Under the pieces are notes generated by a model. That model worked only from the letters and a program-made list of their open reading frames with translations. It was not told where the DNA came from and searched no databases. A DNA stretch of 40,129 nucleotides from Planctomycetaceae bacterium. Its GTDB lineage: Bacteria; Planctomycetota; Planctomycetia; Pirellulales; UBA1268. Location of the stretch: positions 1-40,129 of the forward strand of contig SXHR01000078.1 in assembly GCA_005773625.1 (NCBI GenBank), given 5' to 3'. The translations under genes were made by a program, and so were the position numbers. Every line of letters begins with the position of its first letter. Position 1 is the first letter of the stretch. Below, in pieces: positions 8,885-16,826 of this stretch.

Positions 8885-10099
8885 TCAGGCCCTGCCGGCC
8901 AACCGCCTGAACATGGGACGCATGCGTTGCTCTAATTTCCTCCCTCCCGCCAGCAGCGTTTGGGCGATGCCCGCACCGATGGCGGCGACATCCCGCCGGA
9001 TCTCGATCGCGGGCGTCGAATCCGAAAGGAATCCACTCGTGTAGGAGGGATCGATGCCGAGGGTCGTGGCTGCCGAAAAGCAGTTCACCCGCGGCGGCAG
9101 GCCTTGATGGCGGAACTGGCGTGCGAGTTCGACGTCCTCCCACTGATTCCAGAAGAGCAGGTCGTTGAGGCGGATGTCACGCAGGGTCTCGGTCTTGGCG
9201 ATGATCAGGCCGCCGTTGATGTATTGCCCCGGTCGGATCATGTCGTAATCGCGGCAGTCGATCGGTTGGCCGGTGCCAAGTTCATGGGTGTCGGTCGCCA
9301 CATAGGCCGGAAAAGGCGTGCCGCATTCATAGCGCTGGGGAACGGTCACGAAGTCGAAGTCGTAGCCGAACCGGGCGAAGCCCGTGAAAAAGCCCGGATC
9401 GAGCCGGTAGCGGTCGTGCACGATCAGGAGGTTGGGCCGGGCGGCCCGGCAGGCGAGATCGTTTTTCTTGCGGGAAATCTCCGCCAGATGATCGCGGTAG
9501 CCGGGATCGTGGCAGGTGACGCCGTAGGGTTCGTAGGCCGGATCGTCGGGACCCCAGACGAGGATCTCGTGACGGCGGTCCGGATCCTGGTCGCGAATCG
9601 AACGACAGAGTTCCACCACGTTCGACACGCGGGTTCCCCGGGTCAGCACCGCGAAGGTCCACTCGTCGCTGCGGTAGCGGTCGATCCCCTTTCGCTCGAC
9701 GTCGAACACGACCGTGGTCGCGTCGGCCACCGCTTCGCTCTCCACCGAAACCTGCGTCTGGTAACGCCGGCCCAGCAGGTTCTTCAGGCCGACGATGTTG
9801 AAGTGCGGAATCTTCCCCGGAACACGCACGACCAGCCGGCCACGAGCCCCGATGAGCCGCACGAGCTCGTCGAAGACGAGCTCGTGCTGGCCGGGGCGGA
9901 GATCGGCCGGCGACTCCTCGTAGTACCAGACCACGTCGTAGCGGCCATGGTGCGCGGACGACACGCGGAAGTTCGTGCAGCCCCGTAGCGGCAGGCTGAC
10001 GAAGTCGTAGGGGGGATGGCGGCCGATCCAGACCTGTCGGCCCGGCTCCCGGGCGAGATCCCGGAGATGGCCTTCGTCGGCGAGCGGCTCGGTTGACAT
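8885..10099 (-). CDS. Two-domain protein: N-terminal methyltransferase-like remnant plus GT-A (GT2-like) domain
   Basis: WTFAVLTRG...HEILVWG...ISRKKND...NLLIVHDRY...YINGGLII...WEDVELA resembles GT-A; N-terminal FDELVRLIGARGRLVV resembles the C-terminal half of a class I MTase. Confidence 0.55.
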   Translation of the reverse strand: MSTEPLADEGHLRDLAREPGRQVWIGRHPPYDFVSLPLRGCTNFRVSSAHHGRYDVVWYYEESPADLRPGQHELVFDELVRLIGARGRLVVRVPGKIPHFNIVGLKNLLGRRYQTQVSVESEAVADATTVVFDVERKGIDRYRSDEWTFAVLTRGTRVSNVVELCRSIRDQDPDRRHEILVWGPDDPAYEPYGVTCHDPGYRDHLAEISRKKNDLACRAARPNLLIVHDRYRLDPGFFTGFARFGYDFDFVTVPQRYECGTPFPAYVATDTHELGTGQPIDCRDYDMIRPGQYINGGLIIAKTETLRDIRLNDLLFWNQWEDVELARQFRHQGLPPRVNCFSAATTLGIDPSYTSGFLSDSTPAIEIRRDVAAIGAGIAQTLLAGGRKLEQRMRPMFRRLAGRA

Positions 10100-10120
10100 G
10101 CATCGACTCCGTGGCGGGCC

Positions 10121-10906
10121 TCAGGCGGCCCGGGGCAGAACCCGGCAGCGATCGACCGCCTCCAGCGCCCTGGCGGAGACGGGATGCCCCTCGAACAGCC
10201 GCAGGTCGGCCGGGATGCCCACGCCGTACATGCCGGCCCCCTCGGCTCCCACGTTCACGTAGGAGATCCTCCGGTGGTCGGCGATCAGCTGGTTGTAGAC
10301 CGGCGCGACGTAAAACTCGCCGTTCACCCGCAGGTCGTGCTCGATCATCTGTTCGGCGGCCGCCACGAAGTCGCTGCCGTGGCGGAAGTTGTAGATGCCG
10401 ACCGTGGCCTCGTTCGAGATCACCCGCTTCTCCACCACCTCGGTGATCAGCTGATCCGCGGCCGGGCGGACGAACGACCACTTCGGGTCGTCGGCGGTCA
10501 TCGTCATGATCAGGCCGTCGAGCCGATTGTGCTCGAGCGTCGCGAGGTAGTCGTCGATCGGATAATCGACCCATTGATCGCTGTTGGCGATCATCAGGGG
10601 ATCGCTGGTGGCGATCTGCTCCCGCGCGAGCAGCACGGTGCAGGCGGCCCCCTGCGTGACGCCGCTGACGGGCACGATGCAGCAATTCGGGGCGACCTCC
10701 CGGAGGGTCTGCTCCATCGGAAACTGGTCGAGGTGATCCTGCTGGCAGAGAAACACGAAGCGATGCAGCTGCTGCGGCCGGAGGTTGGCGACGACGAGCT
10801 GGATCATCGGCACGCCGTGCACGGGTATCAGCGGCTTGGGGAGGGTGTAGCCCGCCGTCGTGAAGCGGCTGCCTCGCCCCGCCATCGGCACGACAATGTG
10901 GAGCAT
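10121..10906 (-). CDS. Sugar-phosphate nucleotidyltransferase-like protein (GT2_BcE/BcbE-like)
   Basis: IVVPMAGRGSRF...YTLPKPLIPV, TQGAACTVLLA, IANSDQ, VEKRVISNEATVGIYNF, NGEFYVAPVYN; start MLHIVV after AAGGA. Confidence 0.85.
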   Translation of the reverse strand: MLHIVVPMAGRGSRFTTAGYTLPKPLIPVHGVPMIQLVVANLRPQQLHRFVFLCQQDHLDQFPMEQTLREVAPNCCIVPVSGVTQGAACTVLLAREQIATSDPLMIANSDQWVDYPIDDYLATLEHNRLDGLIMTMTADDPKWSFVRPAADQLITEVVEKRVISNEATVGIYNFRHGSDFVAAAEQMIEHDLRVNGEFYVAPVYNQLIADHRRISYVNVGAEGAGMYGVGIPADLRLFEGHPVSARALEAVDRCRVLPRAA

Positions 10907-10976
10907 CGTGAAATCCTTTTCCGCCTCGGAGATCGTTCTCGGCCCGGCCATCCATGACCGGGGTGCCTTCCGCATG

Positions 10977-11297
10977 TCAGTCGAGATATTTGTCGTCTTT
11001 GACGCTGGGCCGCTTCACGACGACCGTCAGCGTCTCTTCCAGGGCCTCGAAGCCGGTCGACTCACCCGGCTCGAGATGCACCACGGTTCCCGCCTCCATG
11101 ATCCCGCCGCACATCCGCACGCGTCCCGTCACCACGACCGTCACCTCCTCGGCGACCTTGTGGTGATGACCGGGCTCACGGGCCCCGGCCGGATAGTGCT
11201 TGACAGCCACCTCGAATTCGCCGGTGCGGATCACGGCGGGCGAAAAATCGCCGACGAACCAGCCGCCGTGCATGTCGGCAAGTCGAAAGGTCTTCAT
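10977..11297 (-). CDS. Small cupin-fold protein
   Basis: GGWFVGDFSP, HHHKVAEEVTVVVTG (cupin motif 1), GTVVHLEPGE, C-terminal VKRPSVKDDKY. Confidence 0.8.
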   Translation of the reverse strand: MKTFRLADMHGGWFVGDFSPAVIRTGEFEVAVKHYPAGAREPGHHHKVAEEVTVVVTGRVRMCGGIMEAGTVVHLEPGESTGFEALEETLTVVVKRPSVKDDKYLD

Positions 11298-11303
11298 GGC
11301 GGG

Positions 11304-11309
11304 AGTCTA
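11304..11309 (-). promoter_or_regulatory. Probable -10 element (TAGACT) 6 nt before the cupin ATG; leaderless-type start
   Basis: Minus strand tagact-cccgcc-ATG with no SD. Confidence 0.45.
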
Positions 11310-11590
11310 GTGCCCTTCGCGCTCTCCGCTCCAGACGGTTCCACGCCTGTTTTGTCGGCGGGACCCGATTCCCGCCTTGCCGAGAGCCCATGCCGCAATC
11401 CTGGGGCGATCTGCGGGAATGGGCAGGCGGGGCAGGCTGGCCTCGGGTGGGGTCGAGGAAGGCGGGCTGCCGCCATGATTCTCCCGTGGACGCCGGGGGC
11501 CCTGATCAAGTACTCCCCCGGGCCGTGTCGGCGGATGTCGCCATTGGAGTCGCCCGGTCCGTGTTTCCGTCGCCGTCCGCCGCCGAAGCC

Positions 11591-12235
11591 GTGATCCTGG
11601 CCCACCGTGGCCTGTGGAGGGAACGGTCCGAGCGAAACACCCCCGTGGCGCTCGAAGCCGCCCTGAACAGGGGTTTTGGCGTGGAGACGGACGTGCGGGA
11701 CTGCCTGGGCGAACTTGTCATCAGCCACGACATGCCGGCCGGCCGCGAACAGCGGTTCGGGGATTTTCTCGACCGCTACCTGGCCCTGCAAAGCACCGCG
11801 CCGCTGGCGATCAACGTCAAGGCCGACGGGCTCGCCGGAGCGATCCGCCAGGCGTTGGAGTCTCGCGGCATCGAGGATTATTTCTGTTTCGACATGTCCG
11901 TTCCGGATGGCCGCTCGTACGCATCCCTCGGCATGCGCTGCTTCGCGCGATTGAGCGAACTCGAACCGCACTCGCCCGTGGCGGAATCGGCCGCGGGCAT
12001 CTGGCTCGACGCCTTCGAGAACACCTGGTTCGATGCGGCCACGATCGACCACTGGCTCGACCGCGGCCGGGACGTGTGCGTGGTGTCGCCCGAACTCCAC
12101 GGCCGGCCCCACGGCCCGCTCTGGCAGATGCTGCGGCGGTGCCGGGCGGCGGAAAAAGCCGGCTCGGGGCCGGGCTGTGGACGGCTGATGGTCTGCACCG
12201 ATTATCCCGAGCTCTTCGCGGGGGTGGCGGCATGA
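11591..12235 (+). CDS. GDPD/PI-PLC-like phosphodiesterase
   Basis: ILAHRG, ERNT, GVETDV, VISHD, AINVK, VVSPELHGR, CTDYP; GTG start at 11591. Confidence 0.75.
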   Translation: MILAHRGLWRERSERNTPVALEAALNRGFGVETDVRDCLGELVISHDMPAGREQRFGDFLDRYLALQSTAPLAINVKADGLAGAIRQALESRGIEDYFCFDMSVPDGRSYASLGMRCFARLSELEPHSPVAESAAGIWLDAFENTWFDAATIDHWLDRGRDVCVVSPELHGRPHGPLWQMLRRCRAAEKAGSGPGCGRLMVCTDYPELFAGVAA

Positions 12236-12897
12236 CGATCAAAGCCGTGATCTTCGACATGGACGGCGTCCTCATCGAGGCCAAGGAGTGGCACTACGAG
12301 GCGCTCAATCAGGCCCTCGGGCTCTTCGGGTTCGGCATCAGCCGGCAGGATCACGAACATCGCTTCGATGGGCTGCCGACGCGGACCAAGCTGCTGACGT
12401 TATCCCAGGAGTGCGGGCTGCCGGTCGCCCTGCACGGCTTCATCGGTCGGATGAAGCAGAAATACACCGCCGAACTCGCCCGCGCGAACCTGCAGCCCAA
12501 TCCGCTCCACACCTACGCGCTGCGGACGCTGCGGGCGGATGGCTATCGCATCGGTGTCGCATCCAACTCGATCCGCGGCACGATCGACCTGATGATGTCG
12601 CTGGCCGGGCTGACGCCCTTCCTCGACTTCATCCTCAGCAACGAGGACGTGAAGCAACCGAAGCCGTCGCCCGAGATCTATCTCAAGGGGATGTCGCTGC
12701 TGGACGTCGCCCCGCACGAGTGCCTGGTGCTCGAGGACAATCCGTTCGGCTGGCAGGCGGCCACCGAGGCCGGCGCCCACCTCCTCAAAATCGGCACCGT
12801 GCACGAGGTCAACTACGGCAACATCCGCCGTGTCGTTCAGGCGGTCGAGTCGCGGGCCAGGGTGGACGACCTCGAGTCGTTCCCGAAGGTGGCGTGA
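12232..12897 (+). CDS. HAD-superfamily phosphatase
   Basis: IFDMDGVL (motif I), ASNS (II), KPSPEIY (III), LEDN (IV); ATGA overlap with the upstream gene. Confidence 0.9.
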   Translation: MTIKAVIFDMDGVLIEAKEWHYEALNQALGLFGFGISRQDHEHRFDGLPTRTKLLTLSQECGLPVALHGFIGRMKQKYTAELARANLQPNPLHTYALRTLRADGYRIGVASNSIRGTIDLMMSLAGLTPFLDFILSNEDVKQPKPSPEIYLKGMSLLDVAPHECLVLEDNPFGWQAATEAGAHLLKIGTVHEVNYGNIRRVVQAVESRARVDDLESFPKVA

Positions 12898-12927
12898 CCC
12901 GGCAGCGGAAGCGGGGGCGAGACCGCC

Positions 12928-14385
12928 TCACGCCGACGCGGACTCAGCAAGCAGCTGCCAGATGGCGGCAACGTCACGTCGCGTCGTGGTGGCCCCGCCG
13001 ATCGCCAGTCTCAGGACAAAGCGGCCGTTGACGCGGGCATGGCTGAGGAAGCCGCGGCCGGAGGCGTTGACGCGGTCGAGGAGCCGCCGCGAGGCGTCGT
13101 CGCCGGCCCGCAGGGCGAAGCAGACGAGCGCGAGGTTCGGTTCGATCACGACCTCGAACCGCCCGTCGGCCGCCACCCAGCCGGCGAACTCGTGGGCCCA
13201 CTCGACGTGCCGGCGGATGTGCGTCCGCAGCGGACCGGCACCGAGCATGCGGAGCGTCATCCAGAGCTTGAGCGCCCGGAAGCGTCGGCCGAGGGGCACC
13301 TGCCATTCGCTGTAGTCGATCACGGCTCCACCGTCGCTCGACTCGTTCCGCAGATACTCGGGCCTCATCGACAGGGCCGACACGAGTGCCGAGCGGTCGG
13401 CGACCCACAGGGCGTGGCAGTCGAAGTTGACGAGCAGCCACTTGTGCGGATTGAAGCCCCAGCTGTCGGCCCGGTCGGCACCCGCCACGACGGTGTCGCG
13501 AAACTCCGGGCAGATCGCCGCGGCGCCGGCCCAGGCGGCATCCACGTGGAGCCAGGCGGAGTGCCGGGCCGCGATCGCGGCGATTGCCGGCACCGGATCG
13601 ACGCCCCCCGAAGCCGTGGTGCCCACGGTGGCGACGACGAAGAAGGGCCGGCGTCCGGCCGCCGCATCCTGATCCATCGCGGCCGAGAGGGCGGCTGCAT
13701 CCATCCGCCCCCCGGCATCGACGGCGATGCTTCGCAGCCATCCGCGGCCGATGCCGGCGATGCCCGCGGCCTTCTCCACGCTCGAATGGGCGTCGATGCT
13801 CGCGTAGGCGACGAGGGGGCGGTCGTCCTGGCGGAGTCCCGAGCGGTTCGTGCCGAGCGCCGTGGCCCGCTCACGCGCGGCGACGAGCGCGCAGAGCACG
13901 CCGCTCGAGGCCGAATCCTGGATCACGCCCCCGCCGGCGGAGCCGCTCGCAAACCGCCCGGGCAGCCCGAGCAGATCGCGGAGCCAATCGAGCACGAGCG
14001 TCTCGAGTTCCGTGCAGGCCGGCGACGTCGCCCAAAGCAGTCCCTGCACGCCGAGTCCGGCCGTGAACAGTTCGCCGAGGATCGACGGGCCGCTCGCACT
14101 CGCCGGAAAGTAGGCGAAGAAGGAGGGATGCTGCCAGTGCGTGAGCCCCGGGACGATCACGCGGTCGAGATCGGCGATGATGTCGGCCAGCGGTTCCGGA
14201 TCTTCCGGCGGCCCCGGCGACAACTCGGATCGCACCCAGCCGGGTGGCACCTGCGACCGCACCGGGTGCGAAGCGAGCGCCTGCCAGTAGTCGGCGATCC
14301 AATCGACCACCAACCGGCCCTCACGGCGGAAGCGCTCCGGGTCGAAAGGGACCGGGAGTGGATCATCGGACCCGGACGGCGGCAT
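12928..14385 (-). CDS. PLP-dependent aromatic-L-amino-acid decarboxylase (group II)
   Basis: PGLTHWQHPSFFAYFP, WATSPACTELE, GGGVIQDSAS, AHSSVEKA, LHVDAAWAG, NPHKW (PLP lysine), WQVPLGRRFRALKLW. Confidence 0.92.
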   Translation of the reverse strand: MPPSGSDDPLPVPFDPERFRREGRLVVDWIADYWQALASHPVRSQVPPGWVRSELSPGPPEDPEPLADIIADLDRVIVPGLTHWQHPSFFAYFPASASGPSILGELFTAGLGVQGLLWATSPACTELETLVLDWLRDLLGLPGRFASGSAGGGVIQDSASSGVLCALVAARERATALGTNRSGLRQDDRPLVAYASIDAHSSVEKAAGIAGIGRGWLRSIAVDAGGRMDAAALSAAMDQDAAAGRRPFFVVATVGTTASGGVDPVPAIAAIAARHSAWLHVDAAWAGAAAICPEFRDTVVAGADRADSWGFNPHKWLLVNFDCHALWVADRSALVSALSMRPEYLRNESSDGGAVIDYSEWQVPLGRRFRALKLWMTLRMLGAGPLRTHIRRHVEWAHEFAGWVAADGRFEVVIEPNLALVCFALRAGDDASRRLLDRVNASGRGFLSHARVNGRFVLRLAIGGATTTRRDVAAIWQLLAESASA

Positions 14386-14386
14386 G

Positions 14387-15643
14387 CTAGCGGTCCCCGC
14401 TCTTGAAGCACCAGATCGTGCCGTCGTCCGACGCGATCACGACGCGGCCGTCGGCCACCGCGGCACCGGCCCCGAAGCCGCCGCCGGCATCGAACTCCCA
14501 AGCCGGCGCGCCCGTAGCCGCGTCGAGGGCGGCGACGTTTCCGGCGGCATCGGCGACGATGGCCACGTCACGGGCCGCGGCGGCGTCCGGCCCGCTGGCC
14601 GACACGACGACGGGTGAGGCCTCGACGCGGCCGCGCATCGGCTGTCGCCACCTCCGGTCGCCATCCGCCGTCGCGAACGCCTCGACCGCCTTGCCCCGGA
14701 AGCCGACGATCGCGAGGTCGCCCGCGATCGCGGCGCTCGAACGGTAGGACTGGCCGGCCGCGGCGGGCTGCTTCCGCCAGGCGACCTCTCCCTTCGCGAA
14801 GTCGATCGCGAAGAAGACGCCCCCTTCGGTGCCGAAGAAGACGCGATCGCCCGCCACGGCGGGCGTCGTGCCGGTGGGCCCGTCGATCGGCACGGCGGCG
14901 GTCTCCCTGCCGGTGGACGCGTCGATGACGTGCAACCGGCCGTCGCAGCCGGCGAGAAACACCCGGTCGCCGGCGGTGGTTCGGGCGACCGTGGGCGAGC
15001 AGCGGATCTGGTCGGCGATCGAAAGCTTCCAGAGGAGCTTGCCATCGACGAGATCCAGGCAGGAGAGCGAGGCATCCTGTGAACCGACGAGGACGCGGAT
15101 GCCGTCAGCAGTCGGCAGGACGGTGGGGCCGCCCGAGATCTCCCCGTCGGTCTCGTACGTCCAGCGGACCGCGCCCGTCGTCGCGGCGAAGCCGCGGACG
15201 ACGCCCATGTCGTCGCCCACCACGACGGTCCGGTCCGGCCCCTCGCCGGCGACCGCCGCGGCCGACGGAAAGCCGGCCTCCGCCGCCTTGAAAGACCAGC
15301 GGTCCGCGCCATTCCCGAGTGACAGCGCATGAAAGGTGCCGTCGAGGTCGCCCACGAAAAGCGTGTCGGCGGCGATCACCGGCACCGCCGCGAATGAGGT
15401 CTTTTCAAACTCGCGGTGCCACGACTCGGCCAGCGGCAGGCGGAGCATCCCGGCTGATCGGCCGGTGCCGGCGAGGCATCCGCGAGCCATGGCCCAGGCG
15501 TCGGCCGGGGCCGCCTCGGCTCGCGGTTCGTCGTCGGCCGCGCACGCGGCTGCCATGCCGCGCATGGCCAGGATGCACGGGATGCCCAGCATGCCCGGGA
15601 TGCCCAGCAACACGACCACGCCCCATGCCCTCAGGCGGCTCAT
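14387..15643 (-). CDS. PQQ-like (BamB-type) beta-propeller repeat protein with signal peptide
   Basis: Repeated blades (ALSLGNGADRWSF, FAATTGAVRWTY, LDLVDGKLLWKL, LDAATGAPAWEF); hydrophobic N-terminus; ATGA overlap with the ADH stop. Confidence 0.85.
   Translation of the reverse strand: MSRLRAWGVVVLLGIPGMLGIPCILAMRGMAAACAADDEPRAEAAPADAWAMARGCLAGTGRSAGMLRLPLAESWHREFEKTSFAAVPVIAADTLFVGDLDGTFHALSLGNGADRWSFKAAEAGFPSAAAVAGEGPDRTVVVGDDMGVVRGFAATTGAVRWTYETDGEISGGPTVLPTADGIRVLVGSQDASLSCLDLVDGKLLWKLSIADQIRCSPTVARTTAGDRVFLAGCDGRLHVIDASTGRETAAVPIDGPTGTTPAVAGDRVFFGTEGGVFFAIDFAKGEVAWRKQPAAAGQSYRSSAAIAGDLAIVGFRGKAVEAFATADGDRRWRQPMRGRVEASPVVVSASGPDAAAARDVAIVADAAGNVAALDAATGAPAWEFDAGGGFGAGAAVADGRVVIASDDGTIWCFKSGDR
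15549..15609 (-). repeat. Degenerate 9-bp-period minisatellite in the signal peptide coding region
   Basis: ccgcgcatg gccaggatg cacgggatg cccagcatg cccgggatg cccagca, encoding LGIPGMLGIPCILAMRGM. Confidence 0.5.
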
Positions 15644-16800
15644 CGTGCCGCCTCGTAGAGCATCGCCAGATCGGCGGCGGTCACCGGCCGTGGATTGAAC
15701 GATCCCGTCCATTGCGACGCCGCGAGGGGGGCGAGCAGACCGATGTCGGGCGCCGGGATCCCGCACTCGCGGAGCGAGGTCAGCAGGTGCGATGCCCGGA
15801 GGAGGTCTGCCAGCCAGCCAGCCAGTCGCTCCCCCGCGGTCGCCGCCCCGGTCTCGACTCCGATCTCGCCGAGCAGTTCGCCGTAGCCGGCACCGCAGGC
15901 CCGGCCGTTGAAGCGGACCACGTGCGGCAGCATCACGCCGACGGCCTGTCCGTGGATCACGCCGTGCACCGCCGTGAGCGGATTGGCCAGCGCGTGGGCC
16001 GCGCCGAGCATGGAGTTTTCGATCGCAAAACCGGCCAGCGCCGCGCCGAGCTGCACGGCCGAACGGGCCGCGATGCTGCCGCCATCGACGAGCACCTCCG
16101 GAAGATTGCGGGCCAACAGCCGCCATGCCTCCCGGGAAAACATCCGTGAGACCGGCGTGGCCGCCGTGCTGACGTGGCTCTCCACGGCGTGCGACACCGC
16201 ATCGATACCGGTGACCGCGGCGAGCGAACGCGGCTGCGTGAGCGTGAGATTCACGTCGAGGATCGCGAGGCGGAACGCGGCCCGGGGATCGCCGCAGGCC
16301 ATCTTCGCACCGGAGTCGGAGTCGGTGATGAGTGCGAACGACTGCGTCTCGCTTCCGGTGCCCGCCGTGGTCGGCACGGCGATCGACGGCAGGAGCGGGC
16401 CGGTGGCCGAGGCACGGCCCCGGTAGTCCTGCATCCGACCGCCGCAGGAGATGAGGAAGTTGATCCCCTTCGCGCAGTCCATCGAACTGCCGCCGCCGAG
16501 TCCCACGAGCAGATCGGGGCGGAAGTCGCGGGCGAAGGCCGTGCCCGCCTCGACTTCGGCCGATGTGGGGTTCTCCGTGAATGCCGAGAAGAGGCCGGTC
16601 ACGAGCCCCGCGGCCTCGAGCGCCGCGATGCCCGCGGCGGTGTGCCCTGCCGCCACGATCCCCGCATCACTCGTCACCAGCACCCGGCTGGCGGCGAATT
16701 CGCGGGCCAGCGTGCCGAGGTGCGTCAGCGACCCGGGCCCCACGATGAGTCGCGTCGGGGCGCGAAAGCCGAACGAGGGTGGATCAATCGTCTGCGTCAC
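15640..16800 (-). CDS. Iron-containing alcohol dehydrogenase
   Basis: GLGGGSSMDCAKG, VPTTAGTGSE, GIDAVSHAVES, GAAHALANPL...HG; GTG start at 16800 (the ORF-track extension is spurious). Confidence 0.92.
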   Translation of the reverse strand: MTQTIDPPSFGFRAPTRLIVGPGSLTHLGTLAREFAASRVLVTSDAGIVAAGHTAAGIAALEAAGLVTGLFSAFTENPTSAEVEAGTAFARDFRPDLLVGLGGGSSMDCAKGINFLISCGGRMQDYRGRASATGPLLPSIAVPTTAGTGSETQSFALITDSDSGAKMACGDPRAAFRLAILDVNLTLTQPRSLAAVTGIDAVSHAVESHVSTAATPVSRMFSREAWRLLARNLPEVLVDGGSIAARSAVQLGAALAGFAIENSMLGAAHALANPLTAVHGVIHGQAVGVMLPHVVRFNGRACGAGYGELLGEIGVETGAATAGERLAGWLADLLRASHLLTSLRECGIPAPDIGLLAPLAASQWTGSFNPRPVTAADLAMLYEAAR

Positions 16801-16826
16801 GGGGCATTCCGGCGAGGTGGCGGAGG

